Positions 9,603 through 19,437 of a DNA stretch of 64,000 nt are shown piece after piece. The translations under genes and the position numbers were made by a program. A model generated the notes under the pieces. The model did no database searches and was not told the DNA's origin. It was given only the letters and a program-made list of their open reading frames with translations. The stretch is from Vicinamibacteria bacterium. GTDB taxonomy: Bacteria; Acidobacteriota; Vicinamibacteria; Marinacidobacterales; Marinacidobacteraceae. The number at the start of each line of letters is the position of its first letter. Within the stretch, counting starts at the first letter, position 1. The stretch covers positions 3,360,001-3,424,000 of the forward strand of contig CAXXLQ010000004.1 of assembly GCA_963668695.2 (NCBI GenBank), in the 5' to 3' direction.

Positions 9603-10958
9603 ATGACCGCCGTTCTCCTCGGCACCCTCTTCGTAGCGGTTTCGATCGGCGTCCTGCGCCTGCATCCGTTCCTCGCGCTGACGCTCGGGGCGATCCTCGC
9701 GGGGTCGCTCGGCCCCTCGGAAGCGTCCGGCCCGGAGCGTGTCTACGCGGCGCTCGAAGCGACCGGCGGCGCGTTCGGCGACCTCGTCGGAGCCATCGGA
9801 ATCGCCATCGCTCTCGCGGCGGTTATCGGGGACTGCCTCCTCCGGAGCGGGGCCGCCGACCGGATTGCGGGGGCACTACTCGGCGTCTTCGGGGAACGCC
9901 GGGCCGTGTGGGCGCTGGCGGCGGCGGCCTACGTGCTGTCGATCCCGGTGTTCTTCGACACCGTGTTCTTCCTGCTCATCCCCCTGGCCCGCGCACTCGC
10001 CCGACGCGCCCCCGGCCGCTACCCGATGTTCGTGATGGCGATCTGCGCCGGCGCCATCGCCACCCACTCCCTCGTACCGCCAACCCCGGGTCCACTTGGA
10101 ATGGCGGACACCCTCCAGCTCGACCTGGGGACCGCTATCGGGTTCGGACTGCTGCTCGGGATCCTGCCGGTCACCGCGGCACTCGTGACCGCACCGCTGT
10201 TCGCGCGGGGGATGAAGGTCGAACCGGACAACGAAGAAATCCCCAATTCCGATCCACCGGAAAACAGCGGAGCCGGCCCCGGTCTGTTTGCCTCCGTGTT
10301 TCCTATCGCGCTGCCGGTGGTTCTCATGAGCGGGGCCTCGGCGGTCTCTGCCGGCGCCGAGGGGGCGATTCCGGGCGCTGCCTGGCTGGCGGTCCTCGGA
10401 CACCGGAACGCGGCGCTCTTCCTGGCAGCGTTCGCCGCTGCTTTCGTGCTCTGGAGAACTCGCCGCCTTGCGGTGCGGCAGCTTCTCGGCTCCTTTGGCG
10501 GAGCGATCGGTGAAGCCGGTCCCATCATCCTGATCACCGCCGCCGGCGGGGCATTCGGGCGCGCCCTGGCCGGAACGGATGTCGTAGAGGCGCTGGTTGG
10601 GATCTCATCCGCCGCCAATGGAACCGTGCTGTTGCTGCTGGCGGCCGGCATCGCTTCCCTGCTCAAGCTGGCGCAGGGTTCGGGGACGGTCGCAATCCTG
10701 ACCGGGTCGGCGATCGTGGCTTCCCTGCTACCGGAGCTGGACGCCCTCGCCTTCCACCCCGGCTATCTCTTCGCGGCGGTGGGATTTGGCTCGATGGCCG
10801 CATCCTGGATGAACGACAGCGGGTTCTGGGTGGTGGGACGGATGTCCGGATTCAGCGAGGGCGAGACCTTCCGCACCTGGACGGCGGTCGCCGCCGCGGT
10901 CGGAATCTTCGGCCTGATCCAGGTGCTGGTGCTGGCCACCCTCTTCCCGCTTGTCTGA
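9603..10958 (+). CDS. GntP family permease
   Basis: Polytopic membrane protein; SIPVFFDT, HSLVPPTPGP, LAQGSGTVA, SWMNDSGFW. Confidence 0.92.
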   Translation: MTAVLLGTLFVAVSIGVLRLHPFLALTLGAILAGSLGPSEASGPERVYAALEATGGAFGDLVGAIGIAIALAAVIGDCLLRSGAADRIAGALLGVFGERRAVWALAAAAYVLSIPVFFDTVFFLLIPLARALARRAPGRYPMFVMAICAGAIATHSLVPPTPGPLGMADTLQLDLGTAIGFGLLLGILPVTAALVTAPLFARGMKVEPDNEEIPNSDPPENSGAGPGLFASVFPIALPVVLMSGASAVSAGAEGAIPGAAWLAVLGHRNAALFLAAFAAAFVLWRTRRLAVRQLLGSFGGAIGEAGPIILITAAGGAFGRALAGTDVVEALVGISSAANGTVLLLLAAGIASLLKLAQGSGTVAILTGSAIVASLLPELDALAFHPGYLFAAVGFGSMAASWMNDSGFWVVGRMSGFSEGETFRTWTAVAAAVGIFGLIQVLVLATLFPLV

Positions 10959-11102
10959 CGGGGGGCGCTCACCTGCACTCCATGTCTCATCTGCACTTGC
11001 GGATCGACACCGACCGGCGCCGATCCGCGCTCAAGGTCCGCCTCCAGGGAGCCGTCTCGAACGCCGTGTCGCGAAAGCCCTCGATGGTCACTCCGGGCTT
11101 AA

Positions 11103-12024
11103 CAGCCTGTAGTGAAACCCACGCGGCGTTCGAGCGGCGATCCATCCCGACTAAACGACCGGTGATGAAACCCACGCGGCGTTCGGCCGGCGATCCATCC
11201 CGGCCAAACAACCGGTGATGAAACCCACGCGGCGTTCGGCCGGCGATCCATCCCGGCCAAACAACCGGTGATGAAACCCACGCGGCGTTCGGCCGGCGAT
11301 CCATCCCGGCCAAACAACCGGTGATGAAACCCACGCGGCGTTCGGCCGGCGATCCATCCCGGCCAAACAACCGGTGATGAAACCCACGCGGCGTTCGGCC
11401 GGCGATCCATCCCGGCTGACCGCGTCGCTTCGCGCCGCTCATCGTTGCGTTTCAGTCGGAATACACCCGGGCCAGTTCTCCCGGTGGGGGCTCCTCCCTC
11501 ACGCGCCTTGTCAGCCGGGCCCCCACCGGGAGGACTGGCCCCACCGGGAGAACTGGGCCTCGCCCCCACCGGGAGGACTGGCCGGCCTCGGCGCTCACCC
11601 GGGTTCCACCACCGGCTGTTCACCGCGTCGCTTCGCGCCGCTCATCGTTGCGTTTCGGTCGGAATACACCCGGGCCAGTTCTCCCGGTGGGGGCTCCTCC
11701 CTCACGCGCCTTGTCAGCCGGGCCCCCACCGGGAGGACTGGCCCCACCGGGAGAACTGGGCCTCGCCCCCACCGGGAGGACTGGCCGGCCTCGGCGCTCA
11801 CCCGGGTTCCACCACCGGCTGTTCACCGCGTCGCTTCGCGCCGCTCATCGTTGCGTTTCGGTCGGAATACACCCGGGCCAGTTCTCCCGGTGGGGGCTCC
11901 TCCCTCACGCGCCTTGTCAGCCGGGCCCCCACCGGGAGGACTGGCCCCACCGGGAGAACTGGGCCTCGCCCCCACCGGGAGGACTGGCCAGCCTCGGCGC
12001 TCACCCGGGTTCCACCACCGGCTG
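11103..12024 (+). mobile_element. MITE family A, expanded copy (6 x 53-bp left arms, 3 x 203-bp right arms)
   Basis: GAAACCC recurs at 11114, 11167, 11220, 11273, 11326, 11379; right units start at 11420, 11623, 11826; flanks TTAA / TTGA. Confidence 0.92.
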
Positions 12025-12246
12025 TTGAGAATCGGGAAGCCTGCCACGTACCGGCAACCGCACCGGGTCAACCGGTCGTTCCGGCCTTCGGGTTTCGGCG
12101 CGCTCCGGCCAAATAGGCTTCCCGGGCGGCCTTCTCCTGGGTCGCATCTTCCCGTTTGGCTGGCTGGATCCGCAGGCGCTTACGCTGCCCGACCAATCCC
12201 TCGGAGACTCTCGCCCTCGCGCCGACTTCCACCAAGGACTTAGCCT

Positions 12247-13656
12247 ATGAGCGAAACACGCAAACCCAACCCCCAGGCACGCGCCCGCAGCCGGCGGGAG
12301 TTCGTCAAATCCGTCGCGGCCGGATCGGCGCTGGCCGCGGGTCTTCCGTCAGCGCTTGCGGGCGAACGTCGGACGATGGCCCGCCGGGAACTCCCCGGGC
12401 TGTCCGGGGAGTCTCCTGCCGGCCAAGTCGCCCCCTCCGACCGCATCGGCCTGGCCGTGATCGGTGCGGGCGGGATGGGCATGACGGACTTGGCCACGGC
12501 ACTGCGCATCCCCGGGATCGAACTCGTGGCCGCGTGCGACATCTTCGATGGCCGCCTGGACGCCGCCCGCGAGCGACACGGCGACATCTTCACCAGCCGC
12601 GACTATCAGGAGGTGCTCGCGCGCGACGATGTCGATGCGGTCATCGTGGGGACACCCGACCACTGGCACCAGCCGATCTCGGTCGACGCCTTGCGGGCGG
12701 GGAAGGCCGTCTACTGCGAAAAGCCGATGGTCCACAACATCGCCGAGGGCCACGGCCTGATCCAGGCCCAGGAGGAATCCGGAAGCGTCTTCCAGGTGGG
12801 CAGCCAGGGCATGAGCTCACTCGGCAACGAAAAGGCAAAGGAACTGTACGAAGAAGGCGCCATCGGCGAGCTCAACTACGCCGAGGGCTTCTGGGCGCGC
12901 AACGATCCGATCGGCGCGTGGCAGTATCCGATCCCGGCCGGCGCGTCCGAGGAGACCGTCGATTGGAAGCGCTTCCTGGGCCCGGCTCCCGAGTTTTCGT
13001 ACGACCCGCTGCGCGTCTTCCGCTGGCGCAACTACCGCGACTACGGCACCGGAGTCGCCGGGGACCTCTTCGTCCATCTTTTTTCGAGCCTGCACTTCGT
13101 CGTGAGTTCGCGGGGTCCGACGCGCGTCCAGGCGGCGGGCGGGCTGCGCTACTGGAAGGACGGTCGCGAAGTGCCGGACGTGCTCCTCGGCATCTTCGAC
13201 TATCCCGAGACCGACACGCACCCGGGGTTCAACCTGTCGCTGCGCGTCAATTTCGTGGATGGAACTTCCGGCAGCACCTTCTTGCGGCTGGTGGGGAGCG
13301 AGGGGGCGATGGACGTGACCTGGACCGACGTGGTGCTGCGCAAGAACGTCGCGGTCGACCCGATGGACGCCTTCTCCCAGGAGAAGATGGCCGAGGCGGC
13401 GAGGAACGAGGAAGGACTGCCCGCGCGGGTTCGCATGCAGCCGCCCGTCGAGGTCCGGTACGAGGTCGAGCCCGGCTATCGCGGCGCCCACGCGGACCAC
13501 TTCTTCAACTTCTTCCAGGCGGTCCGCGGCGGGCCGCCGGTGCTGGAGGACGCGGCCTTTGGCCTGCGGGCTGCCGCTCCGGCACTGGCCTGCAACATGA
13601 GCTACTTCCAGGACCGAATCGTCCACTGGGACCCCGAAGGCATGAGGCTCGTCTGA
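12247..13656 (+). CDS. Tat-exported Gfo/Idh/MocA family oxidoreductase
   Basis: SRREFVK Tat motif, IGAGGMG, GTPDHWH, YCEKPM, WRNYRDYGTG. Confidence 0.93.
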   Translation: MSETRKPNPQARARSRREFVKSVAAGSALAAGLPSALAGERRTMARRELPGLSGESPAGQVAPSDRIGLAVIGAGGMGMTDLATALRIPGIELVAACDIFDGRLDAARERHGDIFTSRDYQEVLARDDVDAVIVGTPDHWHQPISVDALRAGKAVYCEKPMVHNIAEGHGLIQAQEESGSVFQVGSQGMSSLGNEKAKELYEEGAIGELNYAEGFWARNDPIGAWQYPIPAGASEETVDWKRFLGPAPEFSYDPLRVFRWRNYRDYGTGVAGDLFVHLFSSLHFVVSSRGPTRVQAAGGLRYWKDGREVPDVLLGIFDYPETDTHPGFNLSLRVNFVDGTSGSTFLRLVGSEGAMDVTWTDVVLRKNVAVDPMDAFSQEKMAEAARNEEGLPARVRMQPPVEVRYEVEPGYRGAHADHFFNFFQAVRGGPPVLEDAAFGLRAAAPALACNMSYFQDRIVHWDPEGMRLV

Positions 13657-15002
13657 TGAGTGAAGCAAACAAAATGCACAAAGTGCTGCTCGCGATGGTT
13701 CTCGCCGCGGCCTGCGGCGGCGAGTCTCCGCGCGGCGGGAGCGCCGACTCCGAAGCCGACTCCGAAATGGTCACACCCGCCGGGGAAGCGTTCGGCCCCC
13801 CCAACACCCTCACCGAAGCCGAACGCGCCGCGGGTTGGCGCCTCCTCTTCGACGGCGAGACGACACAGGGATGGCGCGGCTACAACCGCGATGAGTTTCC
13901 GGACACCGGATGGGCGGTGATCGATGGCATGCTGGTCGTGGGCGCAACCGCCGTGGATCCGGACGTCCCGGTGGGCGGGGACCTGGTCACCACCGAATCC
14001 TTCGCCGACTTCGACCTCAAGTTCGAGTTCAGGCTCTCCGAGGTGGCCAACAGCGGCGTCCTCTACCGGGTGATTGAGGAGGAGGGCGCCGAGATCTGGT
14101 TCAACGCGCCGGAGTACCAGGTGCTGGACGACGCCGCGTACATCGAGATGGGAACGATGGATATGAAGACGCATCTCACCGGCGACAACTACGACCTGCA
14201 CGCGGCGGGCGAGAGGACTCTGCACGGACCGGGCGAGTGGAACCAGGGCCGCATCCGCGTCCTGAACAACCATGTGGAGCACTGGCTGAACGGGACGAAG
14301 ACGGTGGAGTACGAGCTCGGCTCGGCGGAATGGGAGCAATTGGTCGCGGCCAGCAAATTCGCGCCCTATCACCGTTACGGCCGCGCAATGTCGGGTCCCA
14401 TAGGCCTGCAGGACCACGGCCGCAACGTCTGGTACCGGAATATCAAGATCCTGCCGTTGGGACCGGTCTCCCTGTTCAACGGCGAGAATCTCGACGGCTG
14501 GCAGGTACACGGCACCGAGCGCTGGTACGTCGAGAACGGGGAACTGGTGTGCGAAAGCGGCCCCGACGCGGAGTATGGCTATCTCACCACGGCGCAGACG
14601 TTTCGCGATTTTGACCTGACGCTCGACTTCAAGCAGGAGGCCGACGGCAACAGCGGGGTGTTCTTCCGCGCCAGCGTCGAGGGGACGGTCGTAAGCGGCT
14701 GGCAGGCCGAGGTCGCGCCGCCCGGGCTGTTCACCGGCGGCATCTACGAGTCGTACGGCCGCGGCTGGCTGGTGCAACCCGATCCGGCGCTGGACGCGGC
14801 GCTCCGCATGGGCGACTGGAACACCATGCGCGTCCGGGCGGTGGGCGACCGGGTGACCACCTGGCTGAACGGAACCCGCATGGTGGACTTCGAGGACGAG
14901 CAGATCGGGGCGGGAGAGGGGTCGATCGCACTCCAGATCCACGACGGGGGCGGGATCACGGTGCGCTGGCGGAACATCCGGGTGGTGGACCTGGGGGGGT
15001 GA
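13656..15002 (+). CDS. Tandem DUF1080 (3-keto-disaccharide hydrolase-like) lipoprotein
   Basis: Two domains with LF(D/N)G..L/TxGW, NSGV, GxWN, LQ(D/I)H motifs; TGATG coupling to upstream gene; lipobox AAAC. Confidence 0.9.
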   Translation: MSEANKMHKVLLAMVLAAACGGESPRGGSADSEADSEMVTPAGEAFGPPNTLTEAERAAGWRLLFDGETTQGWRGYNRDEFPDTGWAVIDGMLVVGATAVDPDVPVGGDLVTTESFADFDLKFEFRLSEVANSGVLYRVIEEEGAEIWFNAPEYQVLDDAAYIEMGTMDMKTHLTGDNYDLHAAGERTLHGPGEWNQGRIRVLNNHVEHWLNGTKTVEYELGSAEWEQLVAASKFAPYHRYGRAMSGPIGLQDHGRNVWYRNIKILPLGPVSLFNGENLDGWQVHGTERWYVENGELVCESGPDAEYGYLTTAQTFRDFDLTLDFKQEADGNSGVFFRASVEGTVVSGWQAEVAPPGLFTGGIYESYGRGWLVQPDPALDAALRMGDWNTMRVRAVGDRVTTWLNGTRMVDFEDEQIGAGEGSIALQIHDGGGITVRWRNIRVVDLGG

Positions 15003-15099
15003 GCCACCCGTCTATGTCGGTCAACCGAGTTGCTGGACGCATGGGACTGGACTCAGCGTTATCAGAACCCGGGAAGACCGCGCCGCTCGACTGACCTGC

Positions 15100-15528
15100 G
15101 TGGAGCCGCCCGTCGGCGCGGCGTTCGGGCGGGCGCTCGCGGCCGGCGGGGTCACGGAGGACCTCGCGCGGATGTCAGCCGCCGCGGACGGCATCCTCCT
15201 CCTCTTGCTCGCCGCCGGCATCGCTTCCCTGCTCAAGCTGGCGCAGGGTTCGGGGACGGTCGCAATCCTGACCGGGTCGGCGATCGTGGCTTCCCTGCTA
15301 CCGGAGCTGGACGCCCTCGCCTTCCACCCCGGCTATCTCTTCGCGGCGGTGGGATTCGGCTCGATGGCGGCGTCCTGGATGAACGACAGTGGTTTCTGGG
15401 TGGTGGGCCGGATGTCCGGATTCAGCGAGGGAGACACCTTCCGCACCTGGACGGCCGTCGCCGCCGCAGTCGGGATTTTCGGCGTGGCGCAGGTTCTGCT
15501 CCTGGCGAGCCTCTTCCCATTCGTCTGA
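15100..15528 (+). pseudogene. Orphan 3' third of a GntP permease paralogue
   Basis: Homologous to 10541-10958 and identical over 15214-15356; the 5' two-thirds are absent. Confidence 0.85.
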
Positions 15529-15679
15529 AGAGCGAAGGGGGGAAGAAGCAGGCTGGGAAAACTTCCCAGAGAAGAGAGGATTTCGGCCTCACGGTGCACG
15601 AAGCGGACGTGTCGATGGCCTTCGGGCGCCGGACAGGCCGATGCCGGTGCGGTCGTGTGTTTCGCTACCATGATCTGCC

Positions 15680-15988
15680 GTGACCAACCCGAAAACTCAG
15701 CCGGATCCCCTGCGACCTATCGCGGTCGAGCCCCGCGATGGCTATCGCATCTGGCTCCGCTACGCCGACGGCGCAGAGGGCGAAGTGGACCTCTCTGACC
15801 TCGCGGGCAAGGGCGTCTTCGCGGCTTGGCTGGACAGGGATTTCTTTCACGACGTATGGATCGCGGAGGGAGGGGAAATCGCGTGGCGGGATGACATTGA
15901 TCTGTGCCGTCACGCGCTTTATTTCCGGCTCACCGGGAAGACCCCGGAGCAGGTGTTCCCGGGGCTGAGAAACAGGGCAAGTGCCTGA
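15680..15988 (+). CDS. DUF2442 family protein (putative antitoxin)
   Basis: AVEPRDGYRIWLRYADG..GEVDL..F..V.I....IAW..DIDLC...LY pattern. Confidence 0.8.
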   Translation: MTNPKTQPDPLRPIAVEPRDGYRIWLRYADGAEGEVDLSDLAGKGVFAAWLDRDFFHDVWIAEGGEIAWRDDIDLCRHALYFRLTGKTPEQVFPGLRNRASA

Positions 15989-16240
15989 AGTAAGCCGCTT
16001 CTACGGGATCGTCGTGCAGATCTTCTATTCGGACCACGCACCGCCCCATTTCCACGCGAAATACGCAGGGAAGAGATCCTGGTTTCCATACGAGACATGA
16101 CTGTGCTCGAAGGACGGTTGCCGCCCCGAGCACTCGGCATGGTCATGGAATGGGCGGCGATCAATCAGGCCGAGTTGCTCGACGCCTGGAACCGGGCGCA
16201 GCAACATGAGTCGCCGGGCAAAATCGCACCGCTCAGCTGA
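15981..16240 (+). pseudogene. DUF4160 family protein (putative toxin), frameshifted near 16068
   Basis: MPEVSRFYGIVVQIFYSDHAPPHFHAKYAG, then EEILVSIRDMTVLEGRLPPRALGMVMEWA...IAPLS-stop in another frame. Confidence 0.82.
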
Positions 16241-16711
16241 CTGAGCGTAGAACCGCGCGCCGGCGGGGGAGCTCTCGATTTTCTCGGCGCGTTGTGTCGC
16301 CGGGGAACACCTACCCGACTCAGGGGTGTTTCATCCGATGGCTCTGTGAATGCCGCTGATGGCGTCGGCGCGCGCTACTGGCTCAACTCTCGTAGCACCC
16401 GACGCGTCCTGCCAGCAACGTGGAGCCGGATGAAGATGCGTCTTCCTCCTCAGAGCTCCAACACCCCAGTCGAAGTGATCCGGACCAACAAAACGCAAGG
16501 GACAACTGGAACCGGGAGCAATGTGGATGTCAGTTGCATACTCCCCCGGCGAATCGAACACGCTCTCGTGCGACGCGGCCACCGCCCGGAGCGCCACCAC
16601 AACTCCGCCCGCGGCCCGCGGCGCTGCGCGCCGCTGTGCCGGCCGGAGGTCGGCGGTCCCTTGCCCGGCGGTGCCGCCCTCCTTGATTGAGTGACGTTTC
16701 CTGCTGGTGCG

Positions 16712-19150
16712 CTACCGCAGGAACTCCTGGAGGCGCTGCCGGGCGAGCGCGAACCGTTCCAGAATCCGAGGGACCGGCAGCTCGCCGTACCGTGCGCGAA
16801 CCTCGGCTTCGGAGAAATCGAGAGCGCGGAGCAGATCGCGCGCCGCGGAGTCGGCCGCTCCCGGGTCGTAACTGCCCACTTCTCCGATCCATACCGGGGA
16901 CGTCTGCGCGAAGACCGAACCGTTCATGCCGGGCCAGCGCTCCTCTCCGCCGTGGGCCCGGGCCGCGACCCACCCCCCGGCCGGGAGGTTGAGGATTCCG
17001 CTCAGTTCGCGGACCCCCGGTCCATCGAGCCCCGACGCGGTGTCCACCACCTCCCCGTTCACCAGGAGATCCACCTGTCCCACCGCTCCGGTGGAAGCCA
17101 GGGTCAGAGTCCACGAGACCTCCCCACCCCGTTCGATCGCCCCGCCCGGGCGTTGCCCTTCCACCCGGAAGTCCAGGAGCGGTCCGGTGCTCACAAAGCT
17201 CCGTCCCGCGCGCAGCGCCTCCAGATACGGCCCGAGCCGGAAGGAACCCGGGACGTGTACGTAGATCCGTGCGGTACCCACCGCCATGGTCCGGTGGTAG
17301 TCGAGCATCACGTCGGTCCCGGCGGAGGCGGCGAGCGGCACCCCCAGATTCAGGAACCGGTGCCAGAGGTCCGCGGTGCCGAACTCGTTCGTCCACAGAC
17401 ACGCGACCTCCAGAGTGTCGAGATCGCCGAGCAGGGCGTCGGGTATCACCATGATCGGGATTGCGCCCAGACCGGCCTCGCTCCCGAAGGGATCCGGAAC
17501 GGACACGGGATGCATGTAGGCGCTCACCCCGCCCTGGCGCCGGGAATGTGCGAGCGCTTCGAGGTTCGGGCGGTCGTCGGCCTCATAGATCGGGTAGCCG
17601 GGCCCCCAGAACCACGGCCAGAAAGCGCTCTCGATACCGACAAGACCGAGGTGGCCCAGGAAATGGGATCGGATTTCCTGGCCGAACAGGATGGCGGGAA
17701 CGCCGTCCACCCGGCGGTCCGCGAAGAACTCGGTGTCGTTTCGCCGGTGGTGCAGGTTCGCCATCAGCGGGGTGCCGAGGTCCATGTCCTCGCCCGCGAG
17801 CAGCAACTGCAGATCGTCGGGTGAGAGTCGGGTGACGCCTCCGTAGTTGAGATGGAAGTGGTGGTCGGCGGAACGGTAACCATGAGCCCGCGCGTCCCAG
17901 AGCGGTTCGAAGACCAGATCAACTTCGGCGGTTTCCCCGGGCGACACCGCAACGGACGCCGTTGCGGGGAGACTCCCGAAGCCGTGGGTGGCGGTGATCT
18001 GCACCTCTCCCGGCGTGGCCACCGGAACTTCGACCTCGACCACGCCCGGTGAATAGAAGTAGATCCGTCCGTGGGTTCCGTCGAACCGCGGAAAGACGCC
18101 CGGGACAACCGCCGGATGCCCGACGGAGTCCAGCACCTCGAGCCGCGCCGGAACCGTCGCCCCATCCCCGGCCTTGCGCGTGGTGATCCGGACGCGGGCC
18201 AGCGGGGCGCCGAAATCCCAGCCGCGAATGGGGATATCCGTCACGGGTCCGCCCCGGGTGCTGATCTTCCGGAGGCGGAATCGTTCCGCTGCGTCCGCTT
18301 CGGTATAGATCACATGCCCGCCGTCGGCGGTAAACGCCGGAGTCAGCGGGAGTCCGCGGGCCGCTACCAGTTCCACCGGGTCCGCCTTTTCCGGATCCAG
18401 CAGCATCAGGCGGTAGCCGTCGCCCCCATCGCCCGCGGGCCAGTTCAGCGCCAGGACGGCCTGCCCGCGCGCGGCGCCGGGCCGGGCCTGAGACGCGATG
18501 GATTCCGCCCGGAGCGAGGTCTCGGCGCCGTCCGCGCTCCGCACGATCACCGCGTCCGGAGAGGACCGCCCCTTGGACAGATAGGCGAGGGATCCATCGG
18601 GGAGCGGCTGCGGCCGCACCTCCAGACCGCGGCGCTCCGTGACGCGCGAGGGTTCGCCGGTTTCGACCGACAGGCGCCAAATGTCGAGATCACCCTCGGT
18701 GGCGGCACTGAAGTAGAGGGTCTCTCCGTCGGGCGCCCACGCCGGGTCGAGAACGATGGATTCATCTTCGAAGAGCAGCGTTTCCTCACCGGTCGCGACC
18801 TCAAGCGACCAGATCGTGAGCCGCTCGGTGTCGTCGCGCAGGAACGCGAGCCGGCTGCCATCCGGATGCCACGCGGGCCTGCTGTCGGTTTCACGGCCGC
18901 TGGTCGCCCGGCGAGCCACCCCGGTCTCCGTGTCCAGCAGCCAGATCCAACCGCGAGCGGAAATCGCGATGGTCCGTCCATCCGGTGACGGGGCGGGGTC
19001 GGTGGGGCCCGCGACCAGAAGCGGCAACTCGAAACCCTCGACGTACACATGATGCGAGTAACCCGCGAGCTTCGGATAGCGGTTCGTCCACTGGGCAGAG
19101 ACGCTCCCCGGGACAAGGGCAGCCAGGATGGCCAAGGCAGCGAGTCTCAT
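16712..19150 (-). CDS. Secreted protein with TolB-like repeats and a CehA/McbA-like metallohydrolase domain
   Basis: Signal peptide; PAPSPDG, PAWHPDG, PAWAPDG repeats; ADHHFH, YMHP, AGTD, GRSFVSTGP. Confidence 0.75.
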   Translation of the reverse strand: MRLAALAILAALVPGSVSAQWTNRYPKLAGYSHHVYVEGFELPLLVAGPTDPAPSPDGRTIAISARGWIWLLDTETGVARRATSGRETDSRPAWHPDGSRLAFLRDDTERLTIWSLEVATGEETLLFEDESIVLDPAWAPDGETLYFSAATEGDLDIWRLSVETGEPSRVTERRGLEVRPQPLPDGSLAYLSKGRSSPDAVIVRSADGAETSLRAESIASQARPGAARGQAVLALNWPAGDGGDGYRLMLLDPEKADPVELVAARGLPLTPAFTADGGHVIYTEADAAERFRLRKISTRGGPVTDIPIRGWDFGAPLARVRITTRKAGDGATVPARLEVLDSVGHPAVVPGVFPRFDGTHGRIYFYSPGVVEVEVPVATPGEVQITATHGFGSLPATASVAVSPGETAEVDLVFEPLWDARAHGYRSADHHFHLNYGGVTRLSPDDLQLLLAGEDMDLGTPLMANLHHRRNDTEFFADRRVDGVPAILFGQEIRSHFLGHLGLVGIESAFWPWFWGPGYPIYEADDRPNLEALAHSRRQGGVSAYMHPVSVPDPFGSEAGLGAIPIMVIPDALLGDLDTLEVACLWTNEFGTADLWHRFLNLGVPLAASAGTDVMLDYHRTMAVGTARIYVHVPGSFRLGPYLEALRAGRSFVSTGPLLDFRVEGQRPGGAIERGGEVSWTLTLASTGAVGQVDLLVNGEVVDTASGLDGPGVRELSGILNLPAGGWVAARAHGGEERWPGMNGSVFAQTSPVWIGEVGSYDPGAADSAARDLLRALDFSEAEVRARYGELPVPRILERFALARQRLQEFLR

Positions 19151-19300
19151 GGAATCACCTCGATTATTTGCGCTGGCGCCAACGCGCCGGTGACAGCACG
19201 GTCTTCGGGAGGTTTTGGCCGGGGGCGGGACTTACGCGCCCGGACGTGCGGCGCCGAGCGCCGCAGCGGTGGGGTGTGGGGAGGGGTTTCCCCTCCCCAC

Positions 19301-19437
19301 GAGAAACGGTGGAGAGAATCGCGAAGCGTTTCACGCCACCATTCCGTGGGAAAGCACCCCGCACCCGGGGACCTCCTGAGATGTGGCGCCTCTCTCGAGC
19401 GGGACGTCATGCGGGGGGCTTTCTCCACGGATTGTCT
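19301..19437. repeat. Possible second MITE-like element
   Basis: Imperfect inverted ends (GTGGAGA / TCTCCAC cores) beside the hairpin GTGGGGAGGGGTTTCCCCTCCCCAC; only one copy in the window. Confidence 0.35.

Noticed and set aside
11103-11417. 53-bp array as a CRISPR
   Set aside because: Units are contiguous and near-identical with no unique spacers, no cas genes are present, and the unit equals the MITE left arm
10987-12243. Multiple ORFs over the repeat array
   Set aside because: Translations of stop-poor repeat DNA with no SD or domain signal
12156-13655. N-terminal half of the 948-aa ORF
   Set aside because: Shadow frame of the Gfo/Idh/MocA gene; the DUF1080 gene starts at 13656 or 13674
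16292-16690. Short ORFs between DUF4160 and the metallohydrolase
   Set aside because: No recognisable motif; possibly a degraded gene, but not supportable
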